From Lama guanicoe (taxonomy: Eukaryota), in assembly GCA_013239625.1 (NCBI GenBank), contig MU053304.1:1-64000 (forward strand): a stretch of 64,000 bases of DNA, given 5' to 3'. The position numbers and the translations under genes are program-made. Positions 22,161 through 32,915 of this stretch are shown here, piece after piece. Numbering within the stretch: position 1 is the stretch's first letter; each line of letters starts with the position of its first letter. Under the pieces are notes generated by a model. It had not been told where the DNA came from. It did not search any database and worked only from the letters and a program-made list of their open reading frames with translations.

Positions 22161-25100
22161 AAGCTTTCTAAGGACTAGGCAGTAGGGTTTCCTTTGCAGT
22201 TCCTGACCAAGGGCTCTGCTGACAATGAGGAGCCAATACAGGGCCTGCCCCAAGGCCACCTGGCACTGGGCACCCATGGTGGTCTGCCACATCACTACCG
22301 TCCTCCCTCCTGACTGTCAAGGTCACCTTCTGCCTTCAGAAAGGGTCGCAGAAGCTGCAAAGCCGAGGCCACTCATCTCCACCTGGCTTACCACCTGCCC
22401 AGCAACCTCAGACAGACAGAGCCTTTTCCCCAAGGCTGCTCCCTGCCCCCGTGACTGACGCTGGCCATACTGGGCAGGCAAACACGCCAGCCTACCTACG
22501 GGCCGGGCTGGGTTGGGACATTTCTGTAACCATGGAGGTCTTATTTTTAGCCTTTGCTTTATCTCTGTCTGTCTCCTGCTCAGCAGGAAGAAGACTCACT
22601 CCTACACCCCCGTCTCCCCATGTGAATGCTTCTTCCCATCTGCCTTTGGGGCTCGGGGCTCCAGCCTCCTTTTGTGTCTCAGTGTTGCCACTGGGATAAG
22701 CAAAGGTGCTAAGCACATTTGCTTTTACTGCTCTGGTTGTCCTGTCACTGGCTAAAGGCTCAAAGGTTTTGCCTCTTTCATCTGTGGACCTCTTTCTTGC
22801 TGACACTACACCTGTACCACCTGTGGAAACGTGCTGGCCCAGTGGATCAGAAGGGAGGGGAGGGCCGTCCTCAAGGCCATGGACATCCTGTCCCTTAGAC
22901 ATTTTGGTATGAAAGCTTGACCTGGGAGCTGCTGAGATCCCTTGGCAAGCCTGCCACAAATCTTTCTAGTCTGTCCCAAGAGGGTGTTTTCCCACTGAAC
23001 TCTGAGCCGGGCAAAGAATTCAGGTACTTTTTGTTTGCTCTGGTGAGTTCCACACTGCCAGAAGTGCCCAGCCCCCGACTGTGTGAAGGGCCCTCAGAAG
23101 GGCTGAGCGAAGGGCAATTTGGCTTCTTGCATTGAAGGCTGCAGCTCCTTTGGCCCCTGAACCTCTTACTGACCTGCTGCTGGCTTCAGCCAGCTTCCTC
23201 ACCAGCCACAAGGAAACCGGCACCTCTCTTTGGGCCTTCTCTTGGGTGACGGGCATCCACACTTTCTACGACTCCCCCTGGTGCTTCCACTCTGCTCCCT
23301 AGCCCACCTCTACTGAGTCACAGTGGAGTTTTCAAGGCTCAGTTCAGGCATCACTCTTCTTGGCTCACAGTCCTCTGGGTGGATTCTAGCCCCAGAACTC
23401 ATTGCTGGGTTGCGATGGTCTTTTTTGAGGCCAGTTTTCCTGTCTGGGGATCAGGCTTTGTCCATCTCTATTCCCAGGGCCAATGGCACATGTAGGTGCT
23501 GCTCAGTTGGGCTCAGACAGGCCAAGAACTGTAACGTCAAATACTTTCTCAATTATGCCTGTTTGGGGAATGAACAAGGCACTTCAGAGACAGGACTTGC
23601 TTGGTGCTCCATAGAAAATGCTGAAGGGAAAACAAGGCCTGTTTTGGGGGTGGAAGTGGAGCCCCCCAGGAGAAGGGCCTAGGGGAGGAGTTCAATTTCT
23701 GCAGCTTCCTTTCAGCTTTTCCCTGCTGGAAGGGAGGCGTGTGAACTCAGCACAAAGAACCTAAGGCAGCTCTGCCAGCCTGATGGGACGTGCTCAATTG
23801 GCTCTAATGAAATTCTTACCTGCCTGTAGATAGTCAGTCATCGCTTAGATCCAACACAAGGTGACAGTGTGGCTGGGGCTCATTTGTTGGTCACCTGATG
23901 AATGAATACTCTTACCCAGAGCAGCCTGCCTCACTCTAAATATGAAACCAAGCAGATTGAGAAAAAAAAAAAAAAACACAAAACTCCTCCTGGGCTGTTT
24001 CCACTGAACTAACAAACTTGTCTTATCACCCACTGGGATGCGGCATGTTGAGTCTGGCAGAGCTCTTCATTAGTTATGTGGCTTTTAAAATATTGACCCA
24101 CAGTTTTACGAACTAGGTTCAGAGTGGTTTAAATGGATATGATCCCATCCAGAGCCTCCAGGCTGCCCCAACAACGTCAGGTCCCTGCCTAGACATACAC
24201 ACAGCCAACCTCCAGGGCTCACTGGCTCTCCCTCCACACACTGGGAGGGGCGGTGGCGGTGAGCAAGGAGACTGTGAGTTTTCACCCCTGCATCTGGGCT
24301 GATGACAGCTCTCAGACACAGGCTGTGTGAAGACTTCCACCCTTCCAAGTGTCACTCTCAACTCTACCTGAGACCCAAGGCCAGAACAATCTGGATCAGG
24401 CTCTTCATCCTGCCAGGCGAGCTGGGTTGATGGTAAGTCAGATGGCAAGGCCAATGCGTATCAAAACCTGACTGGACCCCACGGTTCAACTTTCCTGAGC
24501 TGCCACTCTGCCGACCAAGTCCATCTTTTAGGGTGGCCTGGGATGCAGAGAGGAGCCCTGCTCTTCCAAGACCTAGAGATGTTCTAAGAAAGTTCTCCAG
24601 GCACCTGGGAAGCTGACCAGATTTCTGCATCAGCAATGGCCTCTGGGAGCTGCTTCACAGGTAGCTCAGGCCAGGCCTGGGGCAGCCAACATGACTGGGA
24701 GGACCAGCCTATTCCATCCAGGCCTCCCTCAGGCTGAGAACTGATCTTCCTGGCAGAGGCCACAGCACCCAGGGCTCGCTGGCCTTAGCCCAGCTTACCC
24801 TACTTGGGAGGAGGCCCTGCCTTATGCCCTACAGAGCCCTATATGGTCCCCTGGCTGTGGCCACCCTTCCATAGTCAGGCCTCTTGTCTTTCCCATGTAG
24901 CCACTGTGGAAAGAGACCATGTTCCGAGGCTAATGGTGTCTATGCCAGTCCATTTCCCAGCAAATCTTTGTGAAACTCAAGCCCGGATCCTCATATGCCA
25001 TGTCTGGGCGTTGCAGAATTACTGCTGACTTGTCATTTTGCAACAACACAAAGACCTGGCTGCTGGTTTCACCAAAACATCCTTACAGGCATGTGCAGCT

Positions 25101-26439
25101 CAGGGCGGTGTCCACTGCCAACCTCACACAGAGACTGGGTGCATGCCTCCACCATGGCCTTTGTCAGCCCTTGTGAATACACACTTGTCTCCCTCAGTGG
25201 GCTGTGCCCTTCGGGGAGGAGGGTCTTTCTTATCACCTGTGCTTGGCACAGTAGTTGGCACCAGCAGGCATCCAGTAGTTTGCTAGACAAGCAAAGGAAC
25301 GGTGTCTAGATATGGGCCAGTAAACACCTGCAATGTGTCCTCTTCCCAAGAGGCTTGTAGTCAGACCTCCTCAGGGCCCTTCCTCCCATGATGAAGAATT
25401 TCCAAGGGGTCACTTTCTAAGTTTGGCAGTGGGAAATGACCCATCTGGCACTTAACACAATTCTGAATATATAAGGGCTTCTTGAAGATTCCTGTAGCCC
25501 CAGGGCACGAGCTCAGCTTTACTGGGGCTCTGGTCAGTGCTGGCCTCAGGCCTCTCAGGAGCCCAGGTCTGGCCTGGATGGGAAGGACAGGCAGGAGGGC
25601 GAGCTTCTCCCTGTGGATGGGCAGCTTGGCTTTATACCAGAGCCCAGAGGGCAGCAGCAGGCTCTGAGTAATCTTGCTTGTTAAAGTCAAGAGGGAAGGT
25701 AGGGAGTCCACCACACACTGCCTGCGAACCTGGACGAGCCAATCTCTGTAACCTCCACTCTCCACCCCACAGGGTGAGGACTAAATCAGATACACTGAGT
25801 AAAGCTCTTATCTCTGGGCCTGGCATGCTGTTAAGTACTCCATAAATATTAAAAATTATTATTATAAAAACCTTAAGGTGACAAGAGTCTGGTGTCATTA
25901 GAAGATTGAAGAATGTCAGAACACAGAACATGAGGCGGGGAAAGAGCAAAGGCAGGCTGCTCCAGGCATTGCGCTGGGGGCCCACGCAGAGATCTTGTCC
26001 TTGCCCTTGAGCACTGGGGATCAGGAGATGGATACATACTCCCTCCTCCCCCTCCTCCCCACCCCCGCAGCAGAATTCTCTTAGTCACACGCTGGTCTTC
26101 CCTTCGGCATTTATTTACTGAGCTCCCACAGCAGTGTTCTTAGCACTCTGATCTGAGGAAAGTGGTTTTACACTCATTCCTCCACACTCTACCCACAAAA
26201 CCTCTTCCATTCTATTGCAAGGAGTTCATGGGCCATGAAGCCTAAGATGGAGCCTGCCTTACAGGACACACAAGCGAAGTGCTGGTGGTCCTGAGGAGAC
26301 AAACGCTTACACGGACAACGTAAGAATTAGGTATGACGACACTACGATTGGAAAATACACTAGGAAAAAGCCTAAAGGAGTGAAGAATTCCTTCTGCTTC
26401 AAGAGCAGAACACTGAAGAATCTGATGGTTTCCTAGAAT

Positions 26440-26560
26440 ATTTACGACACGAAAGATGGTGACCAGATGACTGGTCTTTCATCTACACTGAAGACTAACG
26501 AGAGGAAATAGACTTAGATGAAACTGGAGGGCTGTTTAGAACCAAAGAAGCATTTCCCAA
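26440..26560 (+). mobile_element. Possible CR1/L3 LINE fragment
   Basis: The stretch gatggtgaccag...tcatctacactgaagac..acgagaggaaatagactta resembles the recalled L3 3' consensus. Highly decayed. Confidence 0.35.
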
Positions 26561-29500
26561 TGTGGCATATACAGTAAACAATTCAGTTCAAGTTAATTTT
26601 AAAAAGCACATCACCACCTTGCTTACCTCAAACTCAATCATATACTCAATCTTGAGTATCTGAAAGGGGGTAGAACCAGGAAACAACCAACAAAGCCTGT
26701 GATGGCCAACATGGGTGGCGGAGCCAGGTGTCGAATGTGGCCTCACTCAGAGCCTTTCCTTCTCTTGAACGACAATTCTAACCACTAGACTTGGCTTCCT
26801 CACTGATTCCACACCCCCATGAGGCCTCATGCTCACAGCTGGGCTGAGACAGTGCTATTGGCTCCTTCTGGACAGTGGTGGAGAAGTGACAATGGGCCCT
26901 GCTGTGAAGGTAGACACAAGGATAGATGGAGAGGGCCTCAGTAACGCCAAGTGAAAACACACAGCACTGCGGGGGTGTTCAGGGCAGAAGCAAAGCCGCA
27001 CAGCACAATAGAGCCCGAGGAAAATGAAAATGCTCTTGTATCACCAGATAAACATTGTGAATAAGCCTAAATTACTAAAAAGGGCTGCATGATGTCCAGT
27101 TGACACTATCAAAGCAAACAGTAGGTCTATAAATTAAAACGAGAGCGATTCCTTCAGAAAGGTTCCAGATAGCTCGAACATGAAGGCATTTATAGAAGGA
27201 TCACAGCTGGCACTCCGCTGAGCGAGACACTGAAGAGAAGATACCCACCTGAGAAGTGCAGTGTGAGGAAGCCGCCGAAGAGCCAGGGCTCCCTGGGACA
27301 CAGACATCGGAGAGGATGCTGAAGGGCGCATGTGGCACTGCTGCCTCTGCGGGCCTCACTCCTGAGCGCTCCCCACAGCCTCTCAGTTCCAGAGTAATGA
27401 GGGTGGGGTCCTCAAGCCCAAGACACAAGCCATGTCCTCTGCTGCCCCAGTCCACTCTCACAACTGGTCCCTACCCTACTGACCACCCCGGACTTGGAGG
27501 GCAGACACTGTGTGTCCCTCATCCTCTACCTCGGAGCCTGGTCCAGCAGTCCCCAGTGGTCCTTGGTCATGGGGTCACGTGGTGGTGGCCTGGGGGCCGC
27601 CTGCTGTCAGCAGAGTGATGTGTGTTCTGTATCTCAGCTAGGCTTTGCTGTGTTGGGTTTTCAGAGCAGCTGCATACGTTGGCCACTGCCTCTTTGTTTG
27701 ACTCAACAGACATGGGCCGGGCACTTGGTCCGAGTCACCCTGTGAGATCTCTTCCCACTTGGGTGCCCACCATTGGAGAAGTGTGCTCAGAAGGGAGAGT
27801 AATTGTGTTCAATTCCTCTTCAATAAATAAAGCTGCCTCTAAGTGATTTATATTCATGATGGCCTTTGTCATCAAGCACAGCAACTCCCTAAGGCTCTGG
27901 AGGCTTCCTGCCCAACCACCAAGAAAAAGCCACAATGCCCCAGAGAGCTGGGGAGTGGCAATGAAGACGGATCAGAAACACTTCCCCACAGAGAGCACAG
28001 CCAAAAGCTGAGAGAGCCAAACACGTTCTGGTCACCTGCCAGGCAGCTGCAGGAGGTGACAGCCATGGGCACCTTTCTTCAGGCTTGGAGCCAGTGTGCA
28101 ATCCCGTGGCCCGTCTCTTGTGTGGAGATACTCGCCCCGGAGTATCTCAGGCCTCTGTGGCCTGGGCCTGGGTGCTGACTTCCAGCTACCCAACAGAGGG
28201 TATTTACAGCAGAGGCATTTGCTCCTTTAAGCATCTGAACAGACCCTAGAGTCTGGTGCAGCATTCTGGCACGGAAGGGGTGCAGGCACGTGCCCCACTT
28301 GCCAGGAACTGAGTGGGCCTGTTCATCAGAGGACTGGCCTGAATATCACCAGCTTCTCTAGAACTCCTTGAAGTCTTGGAAAGGGAGACAGGTTTCCTTG
28401 GGTTTAAAAACTACCCAGCTGAGCCATCAGGTCAGAAAGGTTAGCTTTAGGAGCCAAAGAGCCATCCTTCCTCTGAGACGGGAATCTGCGGATGCACAAA
28501 TACCCAGAGGGGCAGGAGAGACATAGGTCACGTCAGGAAATTCTGAAAAAGGTATGCATGTGACAGGTGGAGAGAGGTACAGAGAAAACAAAAATGCTAA
28601 TTTTCCCCATCCTGTCTCACCAGTCAAATCATGTCACCATGTGCTCAAAAAGCATTTGGAAAAAACCAGCTGAAGGGTTCCAAGTCACACTGGATTGCCG
28701 CAACCCCAGGAGGCTCCCGAGAACGGAGAGAATTGCAACCAGCGCAGAGAGCTGAGTAGAGGGAACAGCAGAGTCATACAGAGTCGTACAAAGGAAATTT
28801 AACAAGAAGGAAAAAAAAGTTGTTTGCTTAATGTAGCCCTGTGTTAAATCAACCAAGGAAACTCTCTTTTATAAGGTCTTTGAGAGTTTCAAAATGTTTA
28901 GTTTCGAGAGTTTCTTGTGTCCTAGAATTTTCTGTCTTGGGTCATCCTCGGGTAGTTATTTGGGTGGTAGGAAGGGGCATTCTCATTGCGGCTCAGGCCC
29001 AGGGCCTATCTGGGTTTGGGTCTCTACCCTCCTCACATTCTCCCTTCCTCCCGCCAAATCTCAGCAGAGGAAGATTCTCTGTATCTGCATAGGGCTCATA
29101 ATCCTCAAATTGGGACAGCGAAAACTATAAAGGCCTTAAAAATACATAGTTCTACCCAATAACCTAAGCAGCCTGACCAGGAGGAAAGCCCTCAGTCCTC
29201 ACCGCCCACCTCCCTGGCATCAGACAAAAGCCCAAATGGCAGCAGAGACCAGGGAAGGCCCTGTACCTGGCCTGGCAGGTGGCTCAGCCACGTGGCTGGG
29301 AAGAGCCCCAGGTGCAGCCCTGCAGGGTCACAGGTGGGCAGGGAGGGCTCCTTTCAGCATGAGACTTGTGGCTGCCCCAGTGCACTTCCATAATAATGGA
29401 AATCAGAGAAAGGTGGGACGGTGCAGATGACAGTGATATGAGGAGACTTGGAAGAGGGAAAAAGAAAAATGTTAAATATCCCCGTGAAGTGGTTTAACAA

Positions 29501-29904
29501 CTCTTTTCTTGGAGATCTGACAAACATAGTATTTTTTGTGACCTTGGGGGTTACATATTCAATATTCTACCAGGGAATTGGGGAGGGCTTGGGTCCAAGA
29601 CCATCTGTTAGAATCCCTGCTCAGCTGTATCAGCCATGAGATTCTTCTGTAAAACAACAAGGCAAAACCTTCCCCACAAGGTTAACATAAGGAGTCATAG
29701 TCTTAGGATAAACATCTGGTCTTTTTCTCTCAAATACCAAATTGGATTCCATTTGCCTACCTCCTAGTATACAAACTACCACTGCCACAGTTCAAAATTA
29801 GAAGTATTCTCAAATGGAAAGATCATCTTGGGGAAAAGTAAAATCAAATGTACACTAAGGGAATTCTAGTGTTAAGTTTTCACAATTTAAAAGTCAGTTT
29901 GGGA

Positions 29905-30560
29905 TAAAATCCCTTTTTTCTGAGATCAGGAGTAAGACATGGACACCTGCCATTATCATTTCCATTAAATACTGTACAGCACCATAGGACAAGAAAAAGA
30001 AACATGTGGTGTGATATTGGAAAGGAAAAAGTAAAACTGCTGTCATTTGTAGATGACATGACTGGATATAGAGAAAATCAGAGAGAATCTAAAAACAAAT
30101 TATTTGAATTTAATAAACTAATTTAGCAAGGTCACTGGATATAGCATCAATAAAAAGGAACTGTCTTTCCATACATCAGCAACAAAGAGAAAGGGAAATC
30201 TATAAATGCCATTTAAAATAGTATCACAAATATTAAATACTTATGAGTAAATCTAATGAAAGATGATCAAGAAGACTGCTGCACAAAAATTTATAAAATA
30301 TTATTGAGAAAAATTAAAGGAGACTTAAATAAACAGTGGGTTATACCATGTTTGTGGAGTAGAAGACAATCACAAAAGTGTTAATTTTTCCCCAGACTGA
30401 TTTAGATCTAAAGCAATCTCAACATAAATCCCAGCAGGTTTGTGTGCAGGTGTGTGGCAACTGACAGATTCTAAAATATAAATGGAAATGGAAAGGGCCA
30501 AGAATAGCCTAGGTGCCCTTTACAGAAGAGGAGCAAGGTAGAAAGTAACTACTGAATATC
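29905..30560 (+). mobile_element. Old LINE-1 ORF2 (reverse transcriptase) remnant, 5' segment
   Basis: About 30016-30080 translates as IGKEKVKLLSFVDDMTGYREN, a decayed form of the L1 RT motif GKEEVKLSLFADDM. The segment is A-rich with many stops. Boundaries are approximate. Confidence 0.85.
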
Positions 30561-30575
30561 AAGACTTTTAATAAA

Positions 30576-31326
30576 AAACTGAAAACAGAGTTACCCTACC
30601 ATCCAGCAGTCCCACTCCTGGACATATATCTGGAGGAAACTCCAATTTGAAAAGATATCCAGAGGGAACCTTAATTCAAAAAGACACCTGCACCCCAGTG
30701 TTCATAGCAGCACTACTTACAATAGTCAAGACACAGAAGCAACCTAAATGTCCAACAGATGATTGGATAAAGGAGTTGTGGTATCTCTCTCTCTCTCTCT
30801 CTATCTATACATACATACATATACATACACATACACAACAGAATACTACTCAGCCATAAAAAAGAATAAAATAATGCCATTTGCAACAACATGGATAGAC
30901 CTGGAGCTCCTCATTCTAAGTGAAGTAAGCCAGTAAGAAAAGGAAAAATACCATATGGTATCATTTACATGTGGAATCTAAAAAAATGACCCAAATCATC
31001 TTATTTACAAAACAGAAACAGACTTACAGACATAGAAAACAAACCTGTGGCTACCAGAGGAGAAAGGGGAAGGTGAAGGGATAAATTGGGAGTTCGGGAT
31101 CTGCAGATACTAACTAATATACATAAAATAGATAAACAACAAGTTTATACTGTATAGCACAGGGAAGTATATTCAATATCTTGTAATAGCCTATAATGAA
31201 AAGAATATGAAGAGGAATATATATATGTTTTATATATATATAAAACATATATATAAAAAACTGAATCACTATGTTGTATATCAGAAATTAACACAACATT
31301 GTAAACCAACTATATATCAATAAAAA
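30576..31326 (+). mobile_element. Younger 5'-truncated LINE-1 (ORF2 C-terminus plus 3'UTR) inserted into the older L1
   Basis: ORF 30647..30859 has the L1 ORF2 tail motif KDTCTPVFIAALLTIVKTQKQPKCP-TDDWIK. The element ends in aataaaaaaa. TSD aagactt(t/c)taataaa lies at 30561-30575 and 31327-31341. Confidence 0.9.
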
Positions 31327-31341
31327 AAGACTTCTAATAAA

Positions 31342-32915
31342 GGTAGAATAATTAAGACAGTGTGGTACTGGCACAAGAAGAGACATGCAGATGAGTGAAA
31401 TAGAACAGACTGCATATATATAGACCCATGTGTATATGGATTCTTCATTTTGAAAAAAGTGGCACTGTGGGGCAGTGAGGAAGTCTTCTCAACAAATGTT
31501 GCTGGGTCATTTAGTTGTCCATGTGGAAAAAATAAAGCTTGCTGTATCATATTCAAAAATCAATTTTCTGAGTAGATTATAGGTCTAAAATAGAAAAGGT
31601 AAAACAATAGAGCTTTCAGAAGATACCGTAAGAAAAATTTGATGGTTAACTTTGTGTGTCAACTGGATGCACCAGAGTGCCCAGTTTAAATATTATTTCT
31701 GAGTGTCTCTGGGTGTTTCTGGTGTCTGGGAGCACCTGAATCAGATTCAGTCAAGTAGGCTGCCCTCCCCAGTCAGGGAGGCCTGAACAGAACAAAAGGC
31801 TGAGGAGGGAGGAGTTTTCTCTTCTCACTGCTTTAGCTGATCATCTCTTCTTCTCTTCTCCTGCCGCAGACTGGAGTTTACCATTGACCTTCCTGGTTCT
31901 CAGCTAAATTATACCACTAGCTTTCCTGGGCCTCCATAATCGCATGAGCCCATCCCTCATAATAAATCTTTCATATATAAATGTAAATGTATATCCTATT
32001 GGTTGGTTCTATTTCTTAGAGAACTCTAACACAAATATGTCTTTGTGATCATTGCATAGTTTTCTTAAATGGAATATGTGAAGAATTAACCAACAAGAAA
32101 CACTGATACATTGAACTACATTGAAATGAAGAACTTCCGTTCATCAAAACACCACCAAAGAGAGTAAAAAGGCAAGCTACCGAGTTGAAGAAGATATTTG
32201 CAACGTGTATAACCAGCAAAGGACTCAGACCCAGAATAGAGAACTACAAGTCAATAAGAAAACTCAGAAGAATAACAGGCATGAAATATGAAAAGGAAAT
32301 CTACTGAACAATTAATATATGAAATCTCGTATGTTGCTGGCAGAAGTGTTAATCTGGTACAATCACTTCGGAAACTGGCAGTATCCACTAAAGTGGGTAT
32401 TTTCTCTATCAGTCAGCAATTTCACTCCTAGGTATAGACTCAAAAGAAATGTACGCATATGTGCACCAAAAGACAAGTATAAGCAGAATTATTTATAATA
32501 ATTCCAAATAGTAACCAACCCAAATGTTGAATACATGAACACAGATTGGGTAAATTATGATGTATTCATACAAAGGAAGTCTTATAGCATTGCAAATGAA
32601 TAGACTAGAACTATATGCGGCAACAAAGATGAATTCTCACAAACATAATGCTGAAAGAAGAAAGTCACACACATGGGAGAACACGCTGAATGATTCCATT
32701 GACACAAAGCTCAAAGCTAGGCAAGACAATCTATCGTGTTAGAAGTTATGATGGTGGATTCCTTTCTGGAGGAGAGAAGAGGCATGAAATGTCCTGTTTC
32801 TTGATCAGGGTGATAGTTATATGAGTGTTTTTGTTTTCTATTAACTCTTTGAATTATATGCACACTAGTTGTGCACTTTTCTCTATGCATGTCAGAGTTC
32901 AAAAATAAGTTTTAC
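31342..32915 (+). mobile_element. Old LINE-1 remnant continued (ORF2 3' part and 3'UTR), interrupted by an LTR
   Basis: It resumes directly after the TSD with IIKTVWYWHKKRHAD, matching the L1 ORF2 KTVWYW motif. L1M-type 3'UTR follows to ~32900. Boundaries are approximate. Confidence 0.8.
31640..32033 (+). mobile_element. MLT2/ERVL-type solo LTR
   Basis: It starts TGATGGTTAACTTTGTGTGTCAACT and ends GGTTCTATTTCTTAGAGAACTCTAACACA, matching the recalled MLT2 termini. It has an internal AATAAA. Confidence 0.8.
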
